A DNA stretch of 64,000 nt. Source: Orbicella franksi (Eukaryota). The position numbers were made by a program, and so were the translations under genes. The notes under the pieces were generated by a model. That model searched no databases, was not told the origin of the DNA, and saw only the letters and a list, made by a program, of their open reading frames with translations. The DNA is taken from the NCBI GenBank assembly GCA_964199315.1, contig OZ116702.1, forward strand, positions 32,674,001-32,738,000. Direction: 5' to 3'. Within the stretch, counting starts at the first letter, position 1, and each line of letters begins with the position of its first letter. Below, in pieces: positions 1 through 11,900 of this stretch.

Positions 1-234
1 TGGTATCCTATTTCATTTGCGTAATCAGTTTGTTTGTAGTGGGTGAAATGATAAAGAAATAAACGATTTATGATCGTTTACCTGTGGGCTTGTATTCAGC
101 ATTCCTTTTTTCCGTTTTTTCCATGTGCAAATACGTTACAGTGTTTATGTGATGTTAGAAGTTTTCGAACGAAACGTTTTGCAATATTCAGAGAGCTCTC
201 AAAAGCGTACAAGCGAGACCTAATCACGGTTTTG

Positions 235-740
235 GAAGCAATCTTGACTGATGGGCCCCTGACGGTAGCCAACAGTGTCAGAAATTACAGTGTTTGTATG
301 GGAATCTGATCGCAAATAAGTTTCTTAAATATTGAATTTTGAACAATTTATGAATAGCAAAGTTAAGAAACTAAACAAAGGATAGCAATGACCAAATATG
401 AGGCATGTAGCTGTGCTAGAAAGTGTCCGGAAGCGTTTTTGATTTTCCACACACTTGTCTACGACTTTTTTCTGCGAACTTTGCATTGTACGCGAATTAT
501 GGTAAAGTTCGCGACACTTTGCGGGAAAAAAAATTGTAGACAAATGTGTAGAGTATTGAACTGGACTCATTCCAGCACAGCTATATCCCTGAAATTCGGT
601 TAATGCAATCCTTTGTCGAGTATCTCAACTCTTGTTCATAAATTCTTCAGAATTAGATTTGTAAGAAAATTATGTCATGGGATTCCCATACAAACACTGT
701 AATTCCTGATGCGTGTTGTCTGCCCGTCAAGATGGCTTCC
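235..740. repeat. Palindromic non-autonomous element (inverted arms)
   Basis: The arm at about 241-350 (aattacagtgtttgtatgggaatc...aatattgaatttt) recurs as its reverse complement at about 670-735. A third copy lies at about 24615-24720. Confidence 0.6.
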
Positions 741-2388
741 AATACAAAACCGTTTCAGTTAACGTCTAGTTCCCAGAGGCTGGCCATTTTAATATTGATG
801 AACCCTTGTCAGGCGATGAGGAAATACTCTATGGCTACTTTTGAAGGGATCTTATACACACAGCGTGATAATTGTCGAAGGACACCTGTGAAGTTACTTA
901 AAATACCCGGTTTTGTTTTGTTTTGCTTTTAGCTTTCCGTTATTGCACAGCAAAATGGGGCTTGTTTTTCAGATCGTTCGAATATTAAAGTAACACGGCG
1001 TTGGCGAGACTGCGAGAACATCAACGCCACTGTGAAAACTGATGTGGAACTAGTAACGTATTGAAAAAGGGGTAAGGTTCTAATCATATTTAGTTCGATA
1101 CTTCTACCGTTTGTTTTTATTTTTATGTCGGTTTATGAGTTAAAAACGGTTTCCCGCTGTCAGAAAATTGCATGCATAGATGCCAAGTTTAATTGGTATG
1201 GTAATTGTGTTCTGGTGTTTATTTGAACAGAACAATACAATTCAGCAAGTGATAATATTTTGCTTGGCAGCCCAGTTTCCACTTTATATAATGTTTGAGA
1301 AACAAATTCAATGTAGGTGAAAACTAAATTTTCAATTTCTGAAAACGGCTGTCATTGAAAAACGCTTTTTAAATTCATTCTGCAATGAAAACAGCTCTGA
1401 TGGAGTCCCATTTTATAAGTTAGTTACTTATTTGTTTGTTTGTTTGTTTACATATTTTATTTATTTTTTATTTATTTATCTATCTTTTTATCTATCTATT
1501 TATTTTAAGCTTTTTAAGATTCACAAACTTAAGTACGTTCGATTTTCACTTATTTGCCTTTTCTGGAAAATAAAGCTTGAAATACAAATTTGAACAAAAA
1601 CTGCATCGATTATTTTACCAAAACGGACGGCATACAGACGAAAATTCATATTGTTTGCTTTTTTCTCGTTTGCTGTGTTAATTATGAATACGACTGTTTC
1701 CTGGGAAGAAAATACCATCTGCTACCTCTAGACATGCAAAACTGAGTCAAATCAAGCCGAAATTGCCCAAATGAAATTGCGTTCCGAGAGAAGAAAAATA
1801 ATGGCTGTGAACCATTTTAACACAATGAAGTGTGATTTCAACATAATGCTGTATTGTTGAAGCGAATTGGAAACGTGTCAAATTGTTCTGTTGCACCGGT
1901 CGCCGATTTTCAAACAAAATATTCGTTTATTCATTTTCTTCCTTGCTTTGTCAATTTAAGTTATCTTATTTACGCAAGTACTGTGTTAGAATGTAAAATG
2001 TTTTGAATTTGCGGGCACTACAGTTTAATTGCTTTCATTTTCACGTTGTGAGCTTTCATGGAAAACTGTGCATCGTTTTTCTCTGAGTATTACTTAATCT
2101 GAGGTAGACTTCGAGGTATTTATATATTTCTGGCGGAAGATGTTTATCGCAGGAAGCTGAAGCCTATTTTTCCTGAAAGGATTTTTAACGCGCAGCTGTT
2201 GAAACATACGTGGACGGAAGAGGAAACAGTCACCCCTTGAGGAAACTATAGTGTTTGGACACCGTCAACGGTGAAGTTGAAAATTAACAACGAAAGGAAT
2301 GAGAGAATTGAAGTTATTTAACTTAGCCACGCAAAGAAAGAACTGACTTTTTGGAGGACTCTTAAGGAGGGCAACTTAATACGCAAGA

Positions 2389-3432
2389 ATGAGTGGAGAG
2401 TCTGGCCTGAGTTTGGCCTCTTCAAACCAAACTACAAACCAAAGCAATACTTTTATAGTGAATCTTGTTTACTCTCGTACAGAGTTAGCATCTGGATGTA
2501 CACTGGCGATTCTCAGTCCAATAACTGTGACTACAAACGTTTTACTGCTCACAGCCATCTTCAAAGATCCACTGAAATATTTCAAGAAACCAACGCGTTA
2601 TTTTGTCCTCGGTCTTTCCGGGGCGGATTTGTTATGCGGCTTGTTTGTGGAACCGTTTTTCGCCTTGTACTATTTCGGCCGTTTCTTCAGGGCAAGCGGT
2701 GAATTTCAAGCCATTTCACGGACGCTTTTTCTGATCGGCTCGGTTATTTCGACGGCGTCGTTAAATGCTTCATTCGTCATGGTACTCATGTTATCCGCCG
2801 CACAGTTCATCGCCATTGAATATCCTTACAGATACAAGACTTGGATCAAAAAGAAGTTTGTGCTGCCGTCGGTTTTAGCAACCTGGTTTTATTTCATTTT
2901 GTTCAGCCTGTTGTCTATCCTAGGCGTTGATAGAGACTTATTTTTCAAACTGAATTTAACCATCCACGCCTCACTGATCTCGGTGATTCTCGCAATTCTT
3001 CAAATCTTGACCTACAAGGCCTTCAGAGTACACTCCGAGCATCAAAAGATCAAGAGTATTGCCTCGTCATTATCGCGGTCTTCGCAAATTGATTCCCCAC
3101 AGAATGGCAACGGAAGAAAGTTGCTAATGAAAAAATCTTTTCGCTGTCGCGGGCTTGACAGACATTTTATGGTTATGACATTCTACCTGTCTGCTATCCT
3201 ACTCTTTTCAGCTTTCCCACATATTGGCGTGTTTTATGCCTTTTTGTACAAACAGCCACAGAGCATGTCAGAAGAACTAAATCTGAACGTTTTATTAAGA
3301 ATAACCGATCTTTTGCTTTTTGTCAAGGTTGCGGCAGATGCGTTCATATTTGCATGGCGACTTCCGACTTACAGAAAATCGTTAGACTTTTTAATAACTG
3401 GAAAACTACCACAACTTGAAACAGGCGTGTAA
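2389..3432 (+). CDS. Orphan rhodopsin-class (class A) GPCR, 347 aa, single exon
   Basis: Uninterrupted ORF with 7 hydrophobic segments. TM1 Asn (TTNVLLL), TM2 LSGADL, TM4 Trp, TM5 Tyr and TM6 Pro (AFPH) are present, with a helix-8-like WRLPTYRKSL and N-terminal N-glycosylation sequons (NQT, NQS). Confidence 0.93.
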   Translation: MSGESGLSLASSNQTTNQSNTFIVNLVYSRTELASGCTLAILSPITVTTNVLLLTAIFKDPLKYFKKPTRYFVLGLSGADLLCGLFVEPFFALYYFGRFFRASGEFQAISRTLFLIGSVISTASLNASFVMVLMLSAAQFIAIEYPYRYKTWIKKKFVLPSVLATWFYFILFSLLSILGVDRDLFFKLNLTIHASLISVILAILQILTYKAFRVHSEHQKIKSIASSLSRSSQIDSPQNGNGRKLLMKKSFRCRGLDRHFMVMTFYLSAILLFSAFPHIGVFYAFLYKQPQSMSEELNLNVLLRITDLLLFVKVAADAFIFAWRLPTYRKSLDFLITGKLPQLETGV

Positions 3433-3509
3433 GTTAGTTTTAAAATGACGTCGATTACTCTCAACTGGAGCAGCTTTTGAAAAAAAAAAGGAAGAAGAAG
3501 AAGCTCGTA

Positions 3510-3690
3510 GGCCACGTTCGATACATCAAAATTCTTGCATGGCTCCGAGGCTTTCAGGACAAACTTCTATATATGGCAGTGCCGGTTTTCTTTGTTTGGG
3601 AATTGAGGGACAAAAGAAACTAGAAAAATTGGCAATTTTGTCCTGAAATTCTCGGAGCCATGTTAGAATATTGATATATCGAACGTGGCC
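3510..3690. mobile_element. MITE with long terminal inverted repeats
   Basis: 5' ggccacgttcgatacatcaaaattcttgcatggctccgag pairs with 3' ctcggagccatgttagaatattgatatatcgaacgtggcc; no ORF. Confidence 0.75.
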
Positions 3691-4229
3691 AATTGTCGCA
3701 TTTGTAATTAACGAACAGATTACACTGATTAAAAAAAATTATGTATTTGGTTGTGATTTTTAGTTTCACGGTTCGGCGCATGGCTAAGCTTTGACGTGAT
3801 CATCAAGTTACCTAAATTTTTCGCTCCTTTACTGCCAACTTGAAGTTCACCAATATATGACGTAATCGCAGACGATATTTGGGCAAGCATTATAGGGCCC
3901 CGTGCACTCTACCCCTGGAGGGCCAGTACAAAACGTGGACCCCTCCACCTAAACCCCCTTTTGGACCCCCATCTGGGCCTAATCTGGACCTCGAATCTGG
4001 ATCCTATCTGGACGGACAATACCACGGATTAACACAGAAAATGCCGAATTAAGTATTGAACCACGAATTTATTATTCGGGCCGAATATTTTAATCTGGAC
4101 GAACGCCCGAGTTTTGTATTCGCATCCGACTGGTTCGTAAACAAAGGAAATGATTGCAAAAGGAATTCTTATGAGAAATGACACTTTCACGACTTAACTT
4201 TCAAAGGAAAATTTCCCGCAAAAGTCATT

Positions 4230-4423
4230 AGGGACCTTAACGTTGAATTACAAGCACGAAATTGAGTACGGATAAGAGACTGAGTACGGGTACGATTTTC
4301 AAATTCAGCTAAATTCCAAACCAGCGATGTTTCCAGAGCCTTCGCTCTTTATGTTGGTTTTAGGTAGAGAAGGTAGCTCATGGGATGAGGCACTCTGTCT
4401 CGTACTCAAATATCAAGTGCCCT
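4230..4423. mobile_element. Degenerate MITE
   Basis: Imperfect inverted ends: agggacctt...ttgagtacg and cgtactcaaa...gtgccct. Confidence 0.45.
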
Positions 4424-4829
4424 GTTAACTCGCTTTGATTGCTTTATCTCGCGTTACTGTTTGCACATGCGCCGAGCCGTGAAACCATTGACCATCCCTT
4501 GTCAACTCGTAGATTCCACAGGATTTCGTTGTTGTCTTTTCCGTATTTTCGTGTTTATTTTTTCTTTGAAAACTGAGAAGCAACATGGATAGTACTGAAA
4601 ATTCTGGAAGACAACAATTAAGCCGCAAGTGTTTCACATAAACTTAGATCTTTGTCAAGTTGAAGTTGATATTTACCGCCGTAGCGAGTTGGTGAAGCTG
4701 AGGTTTCCAGCATTCAATAGCTCTTTGCTCTGACGAGGTAACGTACTAACAACTTAACCTCCAGGACCTTCTCCTCGACGATTTTCAAAACGAATGATGA
4801 AGCAAATAATGCAAATTAGCATAACATGG

Positions 4830-4993
4830 TTAAAAATCGCAACTGGCAGGAGTTGGCTATTTACAAACGTGGCCGAGGAGTTGAACTAGGGTCTACCGAG
4901 AAACAACTCCAGCTCAGTGGTCAGAGCGGGACTTGAACCCGCGACCTCCGGATTTCAAGTCCGGCGCCCTAACCACTCGGCTACGCTGTCTCC
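4830..4993 (-). mobile_element. tRNA-derived SINE (tRNA-like head plus body)
   Basis: The minus strand has an A box (TAGCCGAGTGG), a perfect 5-bp stem CCGGA/TCCGG around CTTGAAA, and a B box/T arm GCGGG-TTCAAGT-CCCGC. The acceptor stem does not pair, and the sequence runs on into a non-tRNA body. Confidence 0.8.
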
Positions 4994-5380
4994 CATACGA
5001 GGACAAGGCTCTAGGTTGAGGCACTTACGCACGAAACATCAGCGTCACAAACTCGCCATGGTGGTTAATCTACCTTTACTAACCAAGTTGATGAATAGCT
5101 AAGTCCTTCACTTGTGCGCCGAGCCCAGCCTAACCGTTCTAGTAAACTAATATCTTAGATATTTCACGCACAGTCGAATTCCTATAAAACAGAGCCTAAA
5201 ATGTGTCTAACTTCAAGAGGTGATTGCCTCACAGTCCCCCTAACCCTTGGACACCTTTGTTCTCAATCTCTTAAACTTGCGACCAGGCGTTCTTTATTCA
5301 AAGAAAAACGCCTGATCAAAGGCTACAAACTCTTCAAAGAAACCACAAGAACTTGATGATTGATTAATATTGATTAGCAT

Positions 5381-5725
5381 TAGAGCGGTTTTCAATTGAG
5401 TGTCGTAAAACCAAAACCAAAGCAATCATATTTACCAATTAGACAACTCAGCCAATCCCAAACCCTAGTACAGTGGAACCCCGCCTTACGGCCACCCCGT
5501 TAATACGGCCACCTCGTTATTATGGCCACCTCGTTATTACGGCCACTTTATTCCGGTCCGAACAAAGTCTCAGTCAGTCATTTGCTTATTTAAAGAACTC
5601 TCTTAATACGGCCACCCCGTTAGTACAGTCAGATTTTTGTGGCTGGTTGGTGACCGGATTAACGGGGTTACACTGTAACTGACCAAAACCAAAACCAAAG
5701 TAATTGCCTGATTACTTTCGACACA
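5381..5725. mobile_element. Older MITE (ends ttttcaattgagtgtcg / tttcgacac) interrupted by a younger MITE
   Basis: ccaaaaccaaag motifs and inverted gtgtcg/cgacac ends flank the 5471-5675 insertion. Confidence 0.5.
5471..5675. mobile_element. Tc1/mariner-type MITE
   Basis: TA target duplication (5469-5470 and 5676-5677), TIRs CAGTGGAACCCCG / CGGGGTTACACTG, and internal repeats of (t)acggccacc. Confidence 0.8.
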
Positions 5726-5962
5726 TTTTAATGAGTAGTATTCATCCAAATGCCTTCTAACTTTCTAACATCAAACTCAAGTCAAAAGGACTCCACATTC
5801 GACGACTAACACATTCACACTGCTGTTTGGAGCAATTTCAGACGAGCTGGATAATACGTTCTCTGTAATACGAGTGTTTCTCTTTACTTGCTGTACAATA
5901 TTGTAAAAAGCTGTTTGCTCGAACGACAAATTAATGAACTGGTCACTGGGTGTGAAACGCCA

Positions 5963-8900
5963 TTATGGCATCGAGGAAGGTCGCGCAGGGTTTGGAGAAG
6001 AGCGTGCAAACGAGGGTACAGAGGGCGCGGCTGTGGAAAACGCGCCAAAAAATTCGGAGGCGAAGCCGGTGACGTCATCAGGTTTTCGAAGCAGTAGGAA
6101 CTGTAGAAAGTCAGCTAGAAGGGCTCGTAGTTCTGGGTGTCGTCGCATGTAAGTAGCATGATCATCAGCCAACTCCGCCTAGAAACACAATCAAAGCCTG
6201 ATAGTAAAAAATCTTTGGAAAGCATTAGACAGGCTTTGGCGCGGGCATTACCCGATTCGTTTGCACCTCGTACGTCCATATAAAACAAGGCAACTGTAAA
6301 CTTAAAAAGAACCCTTTAAATCCACGACAAAAGTAGCTTGTTGATTCCACTCTGAAAACACATCAAATGTTTTCCATCCACACTATGCCGGAGAAATTTG
6401 GAAACGCAACAGTCAACAGTCACTGTGGAGTTGTGGTCAGGGAAATCACATGATTATCGTAAGGTCATCGTCCTCAAAGGCCTCGTTTTCAAAATGTGTT
6501 TCGTCCACACTAAAACGCAAAGCCGCCGTTTTCAAATTCCTCCGGTTTAAAGAGCGTTGTTTTCGAAAAGCTCCGTTTTCGTGACGGATTAGTGTGGACG
6601 GGACCTTAAAGTCTTCCGCCGAGTTTGCGGGTGCTTTGAATTGCTTACACTTTTTTTTTTGTTCACTTTCTCTCGCACTCTTTTTGTTCAGTTTCTCTCT
6701 GTGTCAATTTACAGATGCTGAGAATAAGAGAGTTTCAAGGACCAGAGGTATCATTACCTTACGGTCTAAAAAACGTGAGAACAGTTGCATATCTTCCTCC
6801 CACTTTAGAGGTTTGACTGCTGGTGTCTCTTCTGATACTTCTGTGTCTGAAAAAGACGGAAATTAATGAACTGCTATTGAAAAATAACAATAAAAAACAG
6901 AAACCTAGAGTCCTGTGACAATCGCCGGGAACTCTATTAAAGGGTCATGCCCTGTAATCTGGGTCATTTCTTATCGTTAACGAGCGCAAAAGAACATTTT
7001 CAATATGCCAGTTCTGGTAGATACGTACCATTGACAAGAACTTCCAAAAAACATTTCTTAGCATCAAACTGAATTATTTCTAAGTCCTAATGAAATCGAT
7101 TACTGATAGTTTGAACGGTATTGAATCATTGGCGTTCAACGCGCCTATTTTTCTTTTCCACCGAGCCAGATCAAACTATTCTGAATAATGTACCTGTATT
7201 TTGATGTTCCTCCGGTAGTCTAAGTAAGGTCATGGTCACCCCTGAGCCCAGCTGTGTTCGACTTGCCAGGTACCTGGAAAATACACAGATAAACAATTAG
7301 CTTACAATAATTCTGAAGTGCACTCCTTGGCTATAAACTCTAACGCCTAGTACAGAGAGAAGAGACAATCACTTTACAATAATCTGCAATAATCTACAAT
7401 AATCCTGAAGTGCACTTATTGGGAATTTTTACCATCAGTAACATAAAAGATAGAAAATTAACATTTTCGCACACAACTGTCTATGTAACCACATAATAAC
7501 TCACCCAGTTGACAGGAGGAAAGATTCCCAGGTTGTGGGTGACTCCTCTACCGAGTGGATTGCTCTGCGCAGTCCGGTCACAGCAACTTGATGCATACCA
7601 ATTTTCTGCAAAGACTTCCCGAGCATTTTCTGTCAGGGAACAATGCACACTGTCAAACTACATTGAAAAATTTTAAGGTCTTTAAACATCAATCTGCAAC
7701 TCTGAAAAGAAATCATTTAACATTTATTCGCACTGTAAGCAAGAGAGGGAGAGAAAGTCGGTATTGTGTTCATCCGCCTCACGCTCTTCGCTCAGATTTT
7801 GAGCGTCACAGACAATTTTCTCCTTCCAAGTTCAGCTCTTGCAGCGTGATTTGTGAGTAAATCTAGTTGAGAGATGATTGTACAAGATTTTTCTTCAACT
7901 CACACTCGCTACAATGTATCATCCGTGCTCAATCAAATCAGCTTAAATTACGCAAGAAATGAAAGCATCTTTAGTCAAACAAGCAACTATCTCTAAAAAT
8001 TTGAGCTGGCTCAAATAAATGCTAGAAGATAGCAGTTGATCAGAGCATAACTTGGAGAGTTTGAACTATTGTTGACTTTCGTTAACTATTGTTTCTTTTG
8101 AAGACAACGGTACCCTCACTGACAAAACCAAATCAATATTTATCTTAGAGTCACGTTACCCAGAAAATAACTTTCAGTCAAACTTTCACAAGATTTAATT
8201 CTCCTTTAACATATAAATACATGTAATACATGCACTGTCTCCAGATTGTGTAAGGGTGCATTCCTTTGGGTGATCTGGATTAAGATCACTCAGATCATGG
8301 TACATCAAAAGAACCAATTATTCCCCTCTGGTCATGGATTTATCACCTCCATGATCTGAGTGATCTGAGTGATCTTGGATCACTGATCCTGATCCAGATC
8401 ACCCAAAAGGAACGCATCCTAAAAAGAAACCTAGAAAACCCAGAGGAAAAAGCTCTAAACAGGACAAATTCTGGCTGCAGGATTCATTTTGGTATGGAAA
8501 GGGAAAGTACTCTGTGAAATGGGTTCTTACATAGGATGAGGTACAAAGACTGGTGGTTGAATCAAAAGCGATAAACATCAAGTCATCTGGAACACCTCTC
8601 TTGACCATAATTCTTTGAAGCAACAAGTTTGAGCCTAAAAAGTACAAACAGATTCATCATTAAATTAAAAACTACAGAAGACAAAATATAATACAGAACA
8701 ATGAAAATTTTGATAGACATGCTATACAGAAAGAGCAAGTCAGGTTTTTTTTTTGAAAGTACTGACTTGGTCCCTGCTGCCTTAACATAAATTTCTTCCC
8801 ATGTGATGCTTCGCAGTAACTTTATAACTACAGCTGTAGTAAGCAAACAGCTAACATTACTGAATAGCAGACCTCCCTTAATACCTGAATAATAATATTA

Positions 8901-11900
8901 AAAGATACTGACCTTCAGATATGAAACCCTGAAATTGTTCCTTTTTGTAATATTTATCAGTCCTTTGTGTTTCCTATGAAAAAATAAAGAGCACATGTAC
9001 AAGTATTAATCAGCAAGCCTATACCCATCAAGTAATCATATTTACCACATAAAATAACCCAAGAATTTGCCCTAAGTTGAATTTGATTCCAGAACTCCTT
9101 CCTCTGAGGAACCAAACACCATCACTAGGAAATTACTGGAACCACACTAGTAACAAGTAACACTAGTAAATTTCCAGTCGATAAGAAATGCCTTTAGTTA
9201 CCCTCTGGAAAACATCACAGTCAGGTTGACAACACAACAGACCTCTCCTTGTGATTCAGTCTTTTTCACAGAATATGTCCCATCCTCATCAAGAACGATC
9301 AAAGTCTTTTTATCTAGTGGGTTATCTGGTATCTAAAAAGGTCAGAAAAAGGCTATGTTAGGTTTTTTGTAAGTTAACTTTACAACTTCCTGTATTTTGT
9401 TAAATGTGTATTTTGTAATTTCACTGATGATGATGGCGATGATGCAAAATCAAGCATTTTTCTGCAAATTAATTTCTCCCCAAAATTTCCACATAATTTG
9501 TTCTTTTTTCCGCACCCTGTCAGATGGCATGAAAATCTAAACTCTTAGTATTAACTATTATGACCAATACTAATCACTGTGATCTCACCAATCAGAGAAC
9601 AAAATACATGTAAAAGAAAATAAAACTTGACATCCTAATTTCACAAGAGACCATAAAGTGATATCAGCATTATGGAAAAACTACATGTAACAACCATAAT
9701 ATTCAATCGCTCTGTCATAAACACTTAATAAATTTCACAGTTGAGGAGATCAGGGACCTTACCTTGACATATTCATAGTGGGTTTGTTCAAATGTCTGAA
9801 GTGACCTTCCAACATATGCTGCAATACATAGAAGGCAAAAAAAATGTAGTAAGCAAGACTGTTGTATGGAACTAAATCATGCATGTACATGTAGTCTGTC
9901 CAGATGCTGACTGTGGCGTGATTCATTGACTAATGGTTAGGAATCTGGATAGAGGTGTAATACACTAACCTGTCACAGATGTGCCAATTGGTACTTGATC
10001 TACAGATCCATGACTGTTGGCATGAACCAGGTAGCACGGCTCTCCTCTCCATGTGGCATTTTCTACAGTCACTGTCATTTCACCTATTTCCTAGTGTGGA
10101 CAGTAACAACAAAATGATTTAATTGTTATATGGAGTTGCTCCTACATGCACTTCTCCAACAGTCTTGTGCAGCTCAATGACTGGAAATTTTAAGAAATTT
10201 ATTGTTCCTCCAAAGCCCCAGTGGCAAACCTCATTAAAAGATGTACACCTACAAATGAAACTGTTTCTCGCCAAAAGTAGCTGGGCAGGCAACATTGCAA
10301 AATTGATAATTTCAGAGGGTAACTGTACCCTGTTAATCATAAATAAAGGACTGCTGTTTTCACAACGTTTGAGCAAAGAAACAAACACAGCTACATGCAC
10401 AGATTTTCATCTCATCAACCCTGATTAACGTGAAAAGAAATATAATGTTTGTTGTGCATGGTGTTGTGAATATCAGACTAATGCAATGTACTTACTCTGC
10501 CAGTTTGAGAGGTGGTAATCAATGAATCCGAAAACAACAATGAGTTCCATACATCATCATCTGTATATAGAACATTAAAGAGTAACTAGAACTGCGACCT
10601 GATCCTCAAGGTATTGTTAGGAGGGAAGGGTAGGTAGGTGTCACGGACTAGATCTAAGAAACCTTGACCCTGTACCAGCCCTTAAATGCTGCTCTGTAAA
10701 TGTGAGTTTAAAGAAACGTTTATGTAATACTATGTACAAGTACAATGTATGTATCCCCCGTGAGAAAGCTTGCAGGATATTAAAATTCATGTCAAACATA
10801 CTAAAAGATAATGATCTTTCAAGGATCCTTAAGAATCTGACTACAAAGGTTTTTTTTATGATATCGAGTTCCTATAATGAAAATCATAGTAGAGAACTTT
10901 GCGGTATAATTATTTACTCCTCCAGATCGTAAGGATTTGACAAAGATTTTATCAGAACCTTAACACACTTCTACATGTATGCTGGAATTAGCCAAGATCC
11001 CTTGAAACCTTTGGGGATTACCAATGAAAATCCTCAAAGATCCTCACCAAGATCTTCTGATTTTCACCGGCTGATAAATTTAATTTCAATAATAATACAG
11101 CCTTAAAGGCCAGACTAAAGCTAATATCTCGTCAAGAGGTTTGATTATGACATTTAATACATGTATCTTATTGATAATACTACAGGTACTATGTTCTATC
11201 AACTAGAGTGTAGAGAAAGGGCACTTTTTTAGGACTAAAACCTTTGAAAACCAAACCCTGCCCAGTTCATGGCACGTCACTTACAACTGAATTCTTCACC
11301 AAGTATTCTGATGATCAGTCATGTACTGTACAACTTTACACAAGTGTATGTTGACATCTGGTTGAAGCAAGAAAGTGGTAAGTCACCTCACAAAAGCAAT
11401 ATATTCCAGACCATGGTTTTCATAGTTTATCAGTACAATTGTTGTTAGAGGAATATATCTAGACAGTTTGAAAATTACTCATCTTCAAATTCTGAATTGA
11501 CAAACGTTTCTTTGTATTCCATCAAAATCCTGCATGGCTTATTGCAATCGTTAAATGATCATGTACTATTTTACAGTACTGTTTTCTATCCACTCAGGAT
11601 CAATCAAATACAATATCAGGGCTTGTTGCTAGTTAATGAGTAAAACATGTTTCAGACTGCTTTACATGCCATGAATTAGATATGCAAAATCTTTCGCAAT
11701 ATCATGTTGCCTTAATTGCTTCCAGCAGGCCAGAGTCTAAAATTTGGATTCTTTGCAAATTTTGTAACAAACCCTAAATAGAGTACAGTAGATGTTTTTG
11801 AACAGCTGTTACTTCCACCATAAAACATGACACAACAACAAGGGGAATTATGCAGTATCTACAATTCCAGATTCTTCAATAAGCTCTCCAAAAAGCATCT

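Noticed and set aside
4915-4990. tRNA-Ser(TGA) gene
   Set aside because: The acceptor stem does not pair, the long variable arm of Ser tRNAs is absent, and the sequence continues into a SINE body.
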